Numbered from the stretch's first letter, positions 28,112 through 38,617 are shown. The stretch: DNA of 64,000 nucleotides from Patescibacteria group bacterium (GCA_023474215.1 JAMCYI010000001.1:2836-66835); one strand, 5' to 3'. Program-made: numbers and translations. Notes: generated by a model not told the origin, from the letters alone.

Positions 28112-28423
28112 ATGACCATCGTAAGACCTTCACTTTATACACAGAACGCACGCTTCATAATCTTCCTGCTTTCCTTTATACTGATTGCAGGTATCTCGTA
28201 CATCTTCATGTACAACGCGCTCGTGAATGCGCGCTACCAAGTATCGAACTTGAAAAGCCAAATAGCAGATGCGGCAAGCGCCCAAAACGAACTGAAGAGC
28301 CAGCTCTTCAATGTGACGGCACCGCAAAATCTTGATTCACTCGCGACGAAGTATAATCTTGTCCTGGATACCAAACCGCAATATCTTACCGAACACCCAT
28401 GGGTGTCAGATTCATCCTTCTAA
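28112..28423 (+). CDS. ftsL: FtsL-like cell division protein
   Basis: single TM + coiled coil; position between rsmH and ftsI. Confidence 0.5.
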   Translation: MTIVRPSLYTQNARFIIFLLSFILIAGISYIFMYNALVNARYQVSNLKSQIADAASAQNELKSQLFNVTAPQNLDSLATKYNLVLDTKPQYLTEHPWVSDSSF

Positions 28424-30024
28424 CAACACTTTTCGGATTGATTTTTGGACTTCTCGGGTTCAACTTATATAGGATTCAAATAGACAAAGGGGGGTACTAC
28501 TTGGATAAAGTCCAAGCAAGGACCGCGAATGCCGCTGAGCTGGAACTTTCGAGAGGGGAATTGTTTTTAACCGACCGTTATGGCAACGCCATACCGGTCG
28601 CCGTCGATAAGGATTACCCCATCATTTACGCAGTCCCGCAGCAAATCAAAAATCCGGAGCAAGAAGCCGCCGCTCTTGCGCCGGCTTTGAATATAAGCTC
28701 GACGACCCTCGCGTCGATGCTCGACAATCCCAAGAGCCTCTTCCGGGCTCTCACCGAAAAAGCGACCCAAGATCAAGTCAACGCGGTCGATGGCCTCAAC
28801 CTCGATGGCATTTATACCGACACGAAACAGTACCGCTACTATCCGTTCGACACGCTGGCTTCCAACGTCATCGGTTTCGTCGGCGTGAACGGCCAAAACC
28901 CGCAGCCGACCGGACTCTACGGCGCCGAAAAGGAGTTCAATAACACGCTTGCGGCGGGAGATGACGTCCATCTCACCATCGACCGCGTTCTCCAAGCGCA
29001 AGCCGAAGAACTCATTCAAAATTTGGTGGCTGCCCAAAGCGCCGAGAGCGGGTCGGTCATCATCGAAGATCCGACGACCGGCGCCATCCTCACGATGGTA
29101 TCATACCCGACCTTCAATCCGAACAGTTATGCCAGTTCGTCGATCGCCCTGTACGCGAACCAAAACGTGCAGGACAATTACGAGCCGGGTTCCGTCTTCA
29201 AGCCGATCACAATGTCGATCGGCATCGATAACGGCATTTTCACTCCGACCTCGACCTACGACGACAAAGGCGTCGTCGTTTTGAACGGGAGCGTCATCAG
29301 AAACTGGAATTTGAAAGCGTACGGTCCTCATACGACCATGACCAAGGTGATCGAAGAATCATTGAACACCGGGGCGGTTTGGGCGGAAGAACAGATCGGC
29401 AACAAACTTTTCTACGCCGGCGTCAAAAAATTCGGCTTCGGAGACCCAAGCGGCATCGACTTGCCGAACGAAGCTTCCGGCAGCCTTGCAAACCTCGAGA
29501 AGAGGGATGCCCGCGCCGTCGATTACGGCACGGCTGCCTTCGGACAAGGCATATCGGTAACGCCGGTTCAAATGATCAACGCCTTCTCGGTCATCGCAAA
29601 CGGAGGACTCTTGATGCGGCCGTACGTGAATGCAAGCGATGCCCCGGAAGTGATCCGCCGCGTCATAAGCAGCTCGACCGCAGAAAAAGTTCGGGGCATG
29701 ATGATCGACGCCGTGAACAAGGCGGGCGTTGCGACGATCTCGCAATTCACCGTCGCGGGAAAAACGGGGACTGCACAAATCCCGGATCTTCAAAGCGGCG
29801 GATATTATCCCAACCAATACATCCACACCTTCATCGGCATGGTTCCGGCAACCAAACCCCAGTACGTTATCTTGATCAAACTGGTCCGCCCGAAATCGGA
29901 ACTCGCTGCCGTTTCGGTCGTTCCGGCATTCAAGCAAATGGCGTCGTTTGTTTTAAATTATGAAAATGTCGCTCCCGACAACATCGGCAACAAACTCGAT
30001 TCCTATTTCTACGCCAACCCATGA
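28399..30024 (+). CDS. ftsI: penicillin-binding protein 2/3 (peptidoglycan D,D-transpeptidase FtsI)
   Basis: SxxK (GSVFKP), SxN (SLNTG), KTG (KTGTA) motifs. Confidence 0.9.
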   Translation: MGVRFILLTTLFGLIFGLLGFNLYRIQIDKGGYYLDKVQARTANAAELELSRGELFLTDRYGNAIPVAVDKDYPIIYAVPQQIKNPEQEAAALAPALNISSTTLASMLDNPKSLFRALTEKATQDQVNAVDGLNLDGIYTDTKQYRYYPFDTLASNVIGFVGVNGQNPQPTGLYGAEKEFNNTLAAGDDVHLTIDRVLQAQAEELIQNLVAAQSAESGSVIIEDPTTGAILTMVSYPTFNPNSYASSSIALYANQNVQDNYEPGSVFKPITMSIGIDNGIFTPTSTYDDKGVVVLNGSVIRNWNLKAYGPHTTMTKVIEESLNTGAVWAEEQIGNKLFYAGVKKFGFGDPSGIDLPNEASGSLANLEKRDARAVDYGTAAFGQGISVTPVQMINAFSVIANGGLLMRPYVNASDAPEVIRRVISSSTAEKVRGMMIDAVNKAGVATISQFTVAGKTGTAQIPDLQSGGYYPNQYIHTFIGMVPATKPQYVILIKLVRPKSELAAVSVVPAFKQMASFVLNYENVAPDNIGNKLDSYFYANP

Positions 30025-31328
30025 AACACACGACTCTCAAAATACTTTCGCTTTTCTTGAAATGGATAGCGCACGCGACCATCGCCAAATACCGACCGAG
30101 TATCGTCGGCGTGACGGGCAATGTCGGTAAAACATCAACGAAAACCGCCATTGCACGGGTTCTTGCGGCAGAACGACGGGTGAGAACGGCCTCGAAGAAT
30201 TTCAACAATGAACTGGGGTTGCCCGTAACCATCATCGGTGATTTTAAAGACACCGGCGGTACTTTTTTTTGGATCACCGTCATCGCGAAGGGGATGTGGC
30301 AATTGATAAGAAGGAATAACACGTACCCGGAAATGCTGGTCCTTGAATACGGCGTAGACCGGCCCGGGGACATGAACTATCTTCTTGCCATTGCGCGGCC
30401 CGACGTCGGCATCATTACGGCCATCGGCGAAACACCGGTCCATATCGAATTTTTCGATGGTCCGGAAGGGATCGCAAAAGAAAAATCGAAACTCATCGCG
30501 CAGTTGCCATCGACGGGATTTGCCATTTTGAACGTGGACGATAAACACGCGGAATTTTTCAAGGAACAAACAAGGGGGCATGTCATAACGTACGGCTTCG
30601 GGAACAACGCCGACGTCCGCATCACCGCGTTTGGAAACGCGATACGCGAAGACAATGAAAACGGCTTTGTTTCATTCAAACTGAATTACGGCGGGAGCAT
30701 GATCCCGGTCAAGATCGAAGGAGTTCTCGGGAAATCGACCGCTTATGCGGCGGCTGCGGCAGCCGCAACGGGCCTCATCTTCGGCATGAATCTCTTGAAG
30801 ATCGCGGAAGCGCTCGGCGGATTCAAGAACCCACCGGGCCGGGAAAACGTCATTCCGGGGATCAAAAATTCCATCGTGATCGACGATTCGTATAACGCTT
30901 CACCGAAGGCGACCGAAGAAGCGCTCGCGACCTTAAAGAGCATTGAAGCTAAACGGAAAGTCGCCGTTTTGGGAGATATGCTTGAACTCGGCCGTTACAC
31001 GATGGAGGCGCATCAAAAAATAGGCAGGCTTGCCGCAAAATCGGCTGATATCCTCGTGACAGTTGGAACAAGGGCGAAATTCACCGCGGAAGAAGCAATA
31101 AAAGCAGGCATGCCGAAACGAAACGTCATGGCATTCGAAAATTTGAACGATGCATCGCGGGAGCTCAAAAATCTCGTGCGGCACGGGGATGTCGTCCTTG
31201 TAAAAGGGTCGCAATCGGTCCGCATGGAAAAGATCACGAAAGACATCATGCGCGACCCCTTGGAAGCCGAGAAACTTCTCGTCCGCCAATCTTCGGTTTG
31301 GCTTGCCAAACCCGGGCTCTATGAATAA
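30021..31328 (+). CDS. murF: Mur ligase, UDP-MurNAc-tripeptide--D-Ala-D-Ala ligase (MurF-like)
   Basis: VGVTGNVGKTSTK P-loop; IDDSYNASP motif. Confidence 0.75.
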   Translation: MKHTTLKILSLFLKWIAHATIAKYRPSIVGVTGNVGKTSTKTAIARVLAAERRVRTASKNFNNELGLPVTIIGDFKDTGGTFFWITVIAKGMWQLIRRNNTYPEMLVLEYGVDRPGDMNYLLAIARPDVGIITAIGETPVHIEFFDGPEGIAKEKSKLIAQLPSTGFAILNVDDKHAEFFKEQTRGHVITYGFGNNADVRITAFGNAIREDNENGFVSFKLNYGGSMIPVKIEGVLGKSTAYAAAAAAATGLIFGMNLLKIAEALGGFKNPPGRENVIPGIKNSIVIDDSYNASPKATEEALATLKSIEAKRKVAVLGDMLELGRYTMEAHQKIGRLAAKSADILVTVGTRAKFTAEEAIKAGMPKRNVMAFENLNDASRELKNLVRHGDVVLVKGSQSVRMEKITKDIMRDPLEAEKLLVRQSSVWLAKPGLYE

Positions 31329-31340
31329 ACTAGGGGGTAA

Positions 31341-31415
31341 GGCCTCGTCGTCTAGCCTGGTCCAGGACACATGGTTCTCATCCATGTAACATGGGTTCGA
31401 ATCCCGTCGAGGCTA
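31341..31415 (+). tRNA. tRNA-Glu (anticodon CUC)
   Basis: close match to bacterial tRNA-Glu (TCGTCTAG...CAGGACAC); anticodon loop ttCTCat; T-loop ttcgaat. Confidence 0.8.
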
Positions 31416-31552
31416 CTAAATATTTGACATAATCTTTATATTATGTTAAAACAAACACGCTTCCAAGGCGGAAGAAGAGTGATCTTTGAAAGTTGAATAA
31501 AACCGGTCAAGCGATCACTACATTTAGTAACACAATAGAAAGGAGTTGGGTC

Positions 31553-31963
31553 ATGCCCACATGGTTTGATATCGTCAAAGCGGAAGTTGATTCCGTCGAT
31601 GAAAAAAATTTATTTGAACCACTAGCCGAGATAGAAGACGGCGACCACGAAATCGGCGAAGCTGATATGGACTTAAAAAGGCTGTACAGTCTTGCCATAA
31701 AATGGCAAAAATCTTCGATGGAGCTTATGGTTGCGGCGCAGTACGTCAACAATCGCGAAGACCAAGAATATAAGATCAAAAAAGCGAAGGAGCTTGGTCA
31801 AAAATCAAAACTTCTCGTGGAAATCTTTTGGACTTCCATAAAAGAGATGTACAATGTCTGGCACAAGCCTTCCATTGGCATCAGAAAAGGGTGGAAAATC
31901 GTCTGGAGCGAACCAGTAGAACCGCCCATCCCGGGGTTTCTCAAGGATCTTTTCGGTTTTTAG
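31553..31963 (+). CDS. hypothetical protein
   Basis: ORF; TTGACA-containing promoter at 31428. Confidence 0.4.
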   Translation: MPTWFDIVKAEVDSVDEKNLFEPLAEIEDGDHEIGEADMDLKRLYSLAIKWQKSSMELMVAAQYVNNREDQEYKIKKAKELGQKSKLLVEIFWTSIKEMYNVWHKPSIGIRKGWKIVWSEPVEPPIPGFLKDLFGF

Positions 31964-32036
31964 ATCACACTTCACCTCCGGCTACCGCGACAAAAGCCGT
32001 AAGAACAGTTTTTATCCCGGTAACCATGCAGGAAAA

Positions 32037-32062
32037 ACAAAAAGCCCAATATGTTTGGGCTT
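32037..32062 (+). terminator. terminator aagcccaa-tatg-tttgggctt + TTTATTTT
   Basis: hairpin + T-run. Confidence 0.65.
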
Positions 32063-32122
32063 TTTATTTTAGGCAATTGCTGCTCTTGGCGCGCAGGTGG
32101 TAAACCGCTAAAATAAGAAGGT

Positions 32123-32452
32123 ATGTTCAAGAAAAAGTCCATTCTTTTGCTCCTCGGAATGAGCGCTTTGTTCCTTCTGATAACGATCGGGCTCGTGATC
32201 CCCAAGATCGGGGGGCTCACGTACCCCTCCATCATCCACTTCGATAAATGGAACGGCGTGAATTTTCTGGGCGATCAAGCGGATTTTCTGGGAGTACTTT
32301 TTACCGGCATCGTTCTTGTCGCCTTGAACGTGCTTTTGAGCTCCCGGCTCTTCCATAAAGAACGGTTCGTGGCGTACCTGTTCCTCACCGCGAACGTCCT
32401 CATTTCGATACTTCTCTTGGTTTTTTCGGCAACCGTCGTAGGGAACAACTAA
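32123..32452 (+). CDS. membrane protein (3 TM)
   Basis: hydrophobic profile. Confidence 0.45.
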   Translation: MFKKKSILLLLGMSALFLLITIGLVIPKIGGLTYPSIIHFDKWNGVNFLGDQADFLGVLFTGIVLVALNVLLSSRLFHKERFVAYLFLTANVLISILLLVFSATVVGNN

Positions 32453-32453
32453 C

Positions 32454-33506
32454 ATGGTAACCATCCTCCTCATCATCCTCATCGTTCTTACCGTCGGCCT
32501 TTTGACGGCGACCATCCTTCTTGCACGCAAATTCGAGAAACCAAAAGAAAACGGAGAAGGCCTCACGTTCCTTCAAAATCAAATGAACGAGATCACGCGG
32601 ACGCTCGACTCGAAACTTACCGAATCGAACCGCGTTCTTCAAACCCAGTTCGGCGAAAGCGCAAAGATCATCCGCGACGTGACGGAACGCTTGACCAAGC
32701 TCGACGAAACGAACAAGCAGGTCGTGAATTTCGCCGACCAGCTCCAATCCCTGCAAGACATCCTGAAAAACCCGAAGCAGCGGGGAGTTCTCGGCGAATA
32801 CTATCTCGAAACGCTCCTCAAAAATGTCTTGCCGCCGGAAATCTATCAAATGCAGTACCCGTTCAAGAACGGCGAGATCGTGGACGCCGTCGTTTTCGTC
32901 GGCAAGAAACCCGACGAAAAGATCGTCCCGATCGACTCCAAATTTTCCCTCGAAAACTACAACCGGCTTACGGAAGCCAAGGACCCCGCCGAAAAAGAGC
33001 GGCTCGAAAAACTCTTCGTAAGCGACCTGAAGCAGCGGATCATCGAGACCTCGAAATATATCCGGCCGGAAGAAGGAACGACCGACTTTGCTTTCATGTT
33101 CATTCCCCACGAAGCCATTTACTACGATCTTTTGATCAACAAAGTAGGCGCCGTAACGGAAGATACGGAAAACTTGATCCAACGGGCGGCCGGTAAATAC
33201 AAGGTCGTCATCGTTTCGCCGACGTCATTTTTAGCATACCTCCAAACGGTCCTTCAAGGACTCCGCGCCATGAGGATCGAAGAATCGGCGAAGGAGATAC
33301 GAAAGCGAGTTGAAGAGCTGGGGAAGCATCTCGGAAACTATGAAACCTTCATGAAGAAACTGGGCAGCAACCTCGGCACAACGGTCAATATGTACAACAA
33401 TGCATACAAAGAGTTCGGAAAGATCGACAAGGACGTGCTCCGCATCACGGGCGAATCGATCAATGCGGAACCCGACCAATTAGAGCCTCCGGAAAACGGC
33501 GAATAA
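32454..33506 (+). CDS. rmuC: DNA recombination protein RmuC
   Basis: N-terminal TM + coiled coil, C-terminal DFAFMFIPHEAIYYDLL nuclease-like region typical of RmuC. Confidence 0.7.
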   Translation: MVTILLIILIVLTVGLLTATILLARKFEKPKENGEGLTFLQNQMNEITRTLDSKLTESNRVLQTQFGESAKIIRDVTERLTKLDETNKQVVNFADQLQSLQDILKNPKQRGVLGEYYLETLLKNVLPPEIYQMQYPFKNGEIVDAVVFVGKKPDEKIVPIDSKFSLENYNRLTEAKDPAEKERLEKLFVSDLKQRIIETSKYIRPEEGTTDFAFMFIPHEAIYYDLLINKVGAVTEDTENLIQRAAGKYKVVIVSPTSFLAYLQTVLQGLRAMRIEESAKEIRKRVEELGKHLGNYETFMKKLGSNLGTTVNMYNNAYKEFGKIDKDVLRITGESINAEPDQLEPPENGE

Positions 33507-33507
33507 G

Positions 33508-34149
33508 ATGGATCAAAAACTCCTCCTCGATCTCAAGTGGAAAAAACTGAGAAAACTCGCGAAATATTTCGCCTTCGTACCGTTTCTCGATTTCGTCGTG
33601 GTGACCGGATCGATGGCGGTGGGGAACGTGAAAGAAAATTCCGATTTCGATCTTCTGGTTTCGGTCAAAGAGGGGAGAATGTTTACTACGCGATACTGCA
33701 TCAATCTCATCTTTTCCCTCCTCGGAGAAAGGAGGCCGGACGATCTCGAGGAAACGAAGAGCGACAAGCTTTGCTTGAACCATTTCGTGACGGAAGCAAC
33801 GTGGAGCATAAAACCCATCAACGCATACAGCGCGGTCATTTACCAGAATTGGGTGCCGCTGTGGGGAGATGAGCAAAAAATAGAAAAGTTCCTGATCTTG
33901 AATTCCGGATACGATCCGAATGCAAAAACGCATTTGGAAGATCTGCGGTTCCGCAAAGGAAAGAAGAACGCCGTGGCACGGTCGCTTGAACGATCGCTCG
34001 GCGGTACGATCGGCGATCTCATCGAAAAAAATGTCGCGGGCGCCATCGCAAAGAGGAGGCTCTCCAAATATCTTGCAAGAAAAGAGGGGAGCGGGAGATT
34101 CATTTTAAACGAGCGGGAACTCGAGTTCCATTCAAACCCGAAAAAATAA
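33508..34149 (+). CDS. nucleotidyltransferase-domain protein
   Basis: TGSMAVGNVKENSDFDLLV (GS...DxD NTase motif). Confidence 0.55.
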   Translation: MDQKLLLDLKWKKLRKLAKYFAFVPFLDFVVVTGSMAVGNVKENSDFDLLVSVKEGRMFTTRYCINLIFSLLGERRPDDLEETKSDKLCLNHFVTEATWSIKPINAYSAVIYQNWVPLWGDEQKIEKFLILNSGYDPNAKTHLEDLRFRKGKKNAVARSLERSLGGTIGDLIEKNVAGAIAKRRLSKYLARKEGSGRFILNERELEFHSNPKK

Positions 34150-34153
34150 AACA

Positions 34154-34768
34154 ATGTTCGCACTCATATCGAATGTGGTCATCGAAACGATAAAATACCT
34201 CGGCTACCCGGGAATTTTCATCCTCATGACGCTCGAAAGCGTAAATATCCCCATCCCCTCGGAAGTCGTCATGCCGTTCTCGGGATTCCTCGCCCTTCAA
34301 GGGAATTTGGATTTTTGGCTTGTCGCGCTTATGGGTACGCTCGGAAATCTCGCCGGCTCTTTTTTGAATTATTTCCTCGCCGAGTGGATCCTCGGGATCA
34401 GGGAGAAATATAAGGTACTCCGCATCATCCTTTCGGAACGCCATCTCAAGAAGACCGACGAATGGTTCAAGAAATACGGATCGTACTCCATCTTCTTCGG
34501 GAGGGTTATTCCCGTGGTTCGAACGTTCATATCGCTGCCTGCCGGCATCGGAAAGATGAACATCGGAAAATTCACTTATCTGACCTTCTTCGGATCGTTC
34601 TTATGGGCGTGTTTTCTGACATACGTTGGATTCTTCCTCGGCAACAACTGGACCCTCATCCAGGATTACTTCAGGCAGATGGACTACATTATCCTCGCCG
34701 CCATCGCCGCCGCTTTGCTCTATTGGCTCCTCCGCCGCCGGAAGAGAAAGAAGGATTCCTTACATTAA
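34154..34768 (+). CDS. dedA: DedA-family membrane protein
   Basis: YPGIFILMTLESVNIPIPSEVVMPFSGFL. Confidence 0.75.
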   Translation: MFALISNVVIETIKYLGYPGIFILMTLESVNIPIPSEVVMPFSGFLALQGNLDFWLVALMGTLGNLAGSFLNYFLAEWILGIREKYKVLRIILSERHLKKTDEWFKKYGSYSIFFGRVIPVVRTFISLPAGIGKMNIGKFTYLTFFGSFLWACFLTYVGFFLGNNWTLIQDYFRQMDYIILAAIAAALLYWLLRRRKRKKDSLH

Positions 34769-34873
34769 TATGGGAGCGATGTCGCCTCCGAAGAAGCTTT
34801 TTCCTTGAGATATATAAATCCCGAGCGACGAGGAAGGAATGAACGAAATAGCGCCTGTATGAATCCCGAGTTG

Positions 34874-34905
34874 CCTCACTTTTTCACCATGGTGAAAAAG
34901 TGAGG
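34874..34905. repeat. 32-bp perfect palindrome cctcactttttcaccatggtgaaaaagtgagg
   Basis: self-reverse-complementary across CCATGG centre; no T-run on either side. Confidence 0.9.
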
Positions 34906-35007
34906 CATGAGGTTGAGTTCGATATTTCGTGGCTTAATTCCGACGAGGAGCGAGGAGGATTTATTCGAAAGGAAAACTTGCCGATGAGGAGACAACATCG
35001 CGACCCC

Positions 35008-35036
35008 TTGCATTTCAAGGAAAGATGTGCTATCAT
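35008..35036 (+). promoter_or_regulatory. sigma70-like promoter TTGCAT-17 bp-TATCAT upstream of secA leader
   Basis: near-consensus hexamers with 17-bp spacer. Confidence 0.55.
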
Positions 35037-35115
35037 ACTCGTGTGTGAGTGAAGCTTTCCTTGTCCTCAAGAGGCAACTCGCGAGGAAACCCAAGGAAAA
35101 ACCTTCAAAGTTCCG

Positions 35116-35143
35116 GAGTCCCGCAAGGGACTCTGGTTTTTTT
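35116..35143 (+). terminator. intrinsic terminator gagtccc-gcaa-gggactc + TGGTTTTTTT within secA leader
   Basis: GNRA-loop hairpin + 7 T. Confidence 0.7.
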
Positions 35144-35277
35144 ATGGAATACCCATTATTCTAAAAGGAGTGTCGGACCGCTCGTGCGGCTACGGTTGCG
35201 CACTCACACAACAATAAAAACTATTGGAGGTCACCACCGCAGCCGCACCAGCGGCCCGACTTATTTATCTTCATCCC

Positions 35278-37791
35278 ATGTCACTTTTAACCACGTTATT
35301 CAAAGACGGCAACCTCAAGCGATACGAACAAATCGTAAAAGAGATCAACTCTCTGGAATCCGAGATCCAGAAACTGACCTCTGAAAACATCAAAGGAGAG
35401 ATTGAAAAGCTCCGCGGGGAAGCAAAGAGCGGCAAAAGTCTCGATGAAATACTCCCGCGCTCTTTCGCCCTCACGCGAGAAGCGGCAAAACGCACCCTCC
35501 ACCAACGCCACTTCGACGTCCAGCTTATGGGCGGCATGGCGCTCCATGAAGGAAAGATCGCCGAAATGAGGACGGGAGAAGGAAAAACGCTCGCCGCGAC
35601 CCTTCCCACTGCGCTGAACGCACTGAAAGGTGACGGCGTTCACGTCATTACGGTCAACGACTATCTCGCAAAACGCGATGCTGTATGGATGGGACAAATT
35701 TACGACGCTTTGGGATTCAAAGTCGCGTGTATCGTCCACGACGCGGCGTACGCCTATGATCCATCGTTCGTCGGAGAAGAAAAATCCGACGAAGAACGTG
35801 ATGTGATTGGCGGGTTCAGGGTCGTCGAAAAATTTTTGCGCCCGATCTCGCGGAAAGAAGCATATGCAGCGGACATCGTCTACGGTACGAACCATGAATT
35901 CGGCTTCGACTATCTCCGCGACAATCTTTCCCTCCGTCTGGGGGAAAAAGTCCAGCGGGGCTTCCCGTACGTCATTATCGACGAGATCGACAGCATCTTG
36001 ATCGACGAGGCTCGGACACCGCTCATCATTGCCGGCCCCGATCAAGAATCGAGCGAATACTACAAGGTATTCGCCCGCATCGTCGGAAATTTGAACCAAG
36101 AAGAGGATTATGCGGTCGACGAAAAACTGAAGACCGTTTCCATCACCGAAGCCGGTATTGAGAAAGTTGAAAAGCTTTCCAACGTTCAAAATATCTACGC
36201 TCCGGAAAACCTCCGGCTCGTCCATTTCCTTCAAGAAAGCTTGAAGGCAAAAGCCCTCTTCAAACGCGACAAGGATTACATCGTGAAAAACGGCGAGGTC
36301 ATCATCGTCGACGAATTCACCGGCCGGATGCTTTTGGGGCGCAGATATTCCGGCGGGCTCCACCAAGCCATCGAGGCGAAGGAAGGGGTAAATGTCCGGC
36401 AAGAAGACCGAACATACGCTCAGATCACCATTCAAAATTATTTCCGCCTGTACACCAAGATCAGCGGCATGACGGGTACCGCACAAACTTCGGCTGAGGA
36501 GTTCCATAAGGTATACAAACTCGATGTCGTCACGATCCCGACGAACCGACCCATGATCCGAAGGGATTCTCCGGACGCCATCTATAAAACCAAAAAAGCA
36601 AAATACGAAGCGGCAGTCAAAGCCATCAAAGAAGAACGGGAAAAGGGGAGACCGATCCTCGTCGGCACGACTTCCATTGAGAACAACGAGATCATTTCCT
36701 CATACCTTTCGCGGGCAGGCATCCCCCACGAGGTCTTGAACGCGAAAAACCACGAGCGCGAAGGCGAGATCATCGCCCAAGCGGGGCGGTCCGGAACCGT
36801 TACGGTCGCGACCAATATGGCCGGACGCGGCGTCGACATCATCCTCGGCGGCAATCCGCCGGACGAAAAAGAAGCTGAAAAGATCAAAACGGCGGGCGGC
36901 CTTCTCGTCATCGGCACGGAACGGCATGAAGCGAGGCGGGTGGACAATCAGCTCCGCGGCCGCGCCGGTCGGCAGGGAGATCCCGGCTCGACGCAGTTTT
37001 TCCTTTCCCTCGAGGACGATCTCATGCGCATCTTCGGCGGCGATCGGATCAAGCGTCTCATGGAGACCTTGAACTATCCCGAAGACATGCCCATTCAATC
37101 GAAAACCGTCGTGAAGGCAATCAACCAAGCCCAAGTCAAAGTCGAAGGGGCGAACTTCGACATCCGAAAGCACCTCCTTGATTTTGACGATGTTTTGAAC
37201 AAACAGCGGAGTGCCGTCTACGGGAAAAGGGTGAAGATCCTCGAAGCCGGCGACAAAAACGAGATCATGCCGGTCGTGAAGGAAATGGTGGAACATTTCA
37301 CGGCAAATGCCGTGCAATCGCTCAAGGCTCAAATTGACCAGAAGCCGGAAGAGCGCGAGCAAATCGAAAAGCAAATCGAAGACCTCGAATCGAAGCCCGC
37401 AACGATACCGGATGCCGTCGATCAAATGAAATCGACCGTCATAGCCCAACAGATCGTAAGGATCATGGATACGCTCTGGGTAGACCACCTGGAACAACTC
37501 GACAGTCTCAGGGAATCGGTGAATATCAGAGCATATGGCCAGCACGATCCGCTGGTCGAATACCGCCGCGAAGCACATATTCTCTACCAACAGCTCATGG
37601 CCGCCGTGGAATCCCTTGTTACGAGCGTCATCTTCCAGATCCTCGCGATGGATTTCACAAAGACCGCGACGACGACCGCTCCGGTAAAACGGGAAACGCC
37701 CCCGCCGGAGTATAAAAACATCGGCAGGAACGACCCTTGCTGGTGTGGCAGCGGCCTGAAGTACAAAAAGTGCCATGGCAAAAACGCCTAA
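35278..37791 (+). CDS. secA: preprotein translocase ATPase SecA
   Basis: DEAD-like motifs, C-terminal CWCGSGLKYKKCHG zinc finger. Confidence 0.95.
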   Translation: MSLLTTLFKDGNLKRYEQIVKEINSLESEIQKLTSENIKGEIEKLRGEAKSGKSLDEILPRSFALTREAAKRTLHQRHFDVQLMGGMALHEGKIAEMRTGEGKTLAATLPTALNALKGDGVHVITVNDYLAKRDAVWMGQIYDALGFKVACIVHDAAYAYDPSFVGEEKSDEERDVIGGFRVVEKFLRPISRKEAYAADIVYGTNHEFGFDYLRDNLSLRLGEKVQRGFPYVIIDEIDSILIDEARTPLIIAGPDQESSEYYKVFARIVGNLNQEEDYAVDEKLKTVSITEAGIEKVEKLSNVQNIYAPENLRLVHFLQESLKAKALFKRDKDYIVKNGEVIIVDEFTGRMLLGRRYSGGLHQAIEAKEGVNVRQEDRTYAQITIQNYFRLYTKISGMTGTAQTSAEEFHKVYKLDVVTIPTNRPMIRRDSPDAIYKTKKAKYEAAVKAIKEEREKGRPILVGTTSIENNEIISSYLSRAGIPHEVLNAKNHEREGEIIAQAGRSGTVTVATNMAGRGVDIILGGNPPDEKEAEKIKTAGGLLVIGTERHEARRVDNQLRGRAGRQGDPGSTQFFLSLEDDLMRIFGGDRIKRLMETLNYPEDMPIQSKTVVKAINQAQVKVEGANFDIRKHLLDFDDVLNKQRSAVYGKRVKILEAGDKNEIMPVVKEMVEHFTANAVQSLKAQIDQKPEEREQIEKQIEDLESKPATIPDAVDQMKSTVIAQQIVRIMDTLWVDHLEQLDSLRESVNIRAYGQHDPLVEYRREAHILYQQLMAAVESLVTSVIFQILAMDFTKTATTTAPVKRETPPPEYKNIGRNDPCWCGSGLKYKKCHGKNA

Positions 37792-38617
37792 AAAGGAATA
37801 TTGCTATTTGAACGGAAAAATAATTCCCGTCAATGACGCAAAAATTCCGGTGATCGACATCGGCGTGCTCCGCGGCTATGGGATCTTCGATTCCGTTGCC
37901 GGCATCGATGACCGGATCGTTTTCTTCGACGAACACTACAAACGCTTCGAAACGTCCGCGAAGATCATGCGGCTCAAGATCCCCCTGAAGAAAGGGGAGA
38001 TAAAAAAGATCATAGAGGGCCTTTTGAAAAGGAACGGCTACCGCCTTTCAAAAATACGCCTTGTCCTCACGGGGGGAAAGACAATCGGCAGCCTGGACTT
38101 CGATCGACGTTCGGAAAATTTCTTCATCTTGGCAGAAAAAACGGAATTGCCCCCGAAGGATAGTTATACGAGGGGCGTAAAGCTCATCACCGCGGAATAC
38201 GAGCGCGAAATACCGAGAGCGAAGAGCAACGACTACGTAGCCGCGGTCTATCTCCAGCCGTCCCAGAAAAAAGCCGGAGCAACGGAGATCCTTTACACCT
38301 TCCGGGGAAATGTTCTTGAAGCTACGACATCCAATTTTTTCATCATAAAAGGCAACAAGCTCATAACGGCAAAGGACGGGATTTTATTCGGCATAACGCG
38401 GGACAAGGTCATCGGCCTTGCAAAAAGATCCATGGATGTTGAGGAACGCATCGTGAAAACAAGCGAATTCAAGGCGGCCGACGAAGCATTCATCACAAGC
38501 ACCTACAAAAAAGTGATGCCGGTCGTAAAAATAGACAATTTGATCATAGGCAACGGGAAAGTCGGCCCCAAAACAAGACTGCTCATGCAGAGATACAATG
38601 AGCTCGAACAAAAGTAA
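37775..38617 (+). CDS. class IV (branched-chain/D-amino acid) aminotransferase
   Basis: fold-type IV PLP enzyme N-terminal pattern YLNGKIIPVNDAKIPVIDIGVLRGYGIFD. Confidence 0.7.
   Translation: MAKTPKKEYCYLNGKIIPVNDAKIPVIDIGVLRGYGIFDSVAGIDDRIVFFDEHYKRFETSAKIMRLKIPLKKGEIKKIIEGLLKRNGYRLSKIRLVLTGGKTIGSLDFDRRSENFFILAEKTELPPKDSYTRGVKLITAEYEREIPRAKSNDYVAAVYLQPSQKKAGATEILYTFRGNVLEATTSNFFIIKGNKLITAKDGILFGITRDKVIGLAKRSMDVEERIVKTSEFKAADEAFITSTYKKVMPVVKIDNLIIGNGKVGPKTRLLMQRYNELEQK

Noticed and set aside
35144-35164. 6-codon ORF (MEYPLF) right after secA-leader terminator as leader peptide
   Set aside because: Too short, no RBS, no obvious regulatory codon content
35296-37776. 403-aa and 358-aa minus-strand ORFs
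   Set aside because: Antisense to secA; spurious
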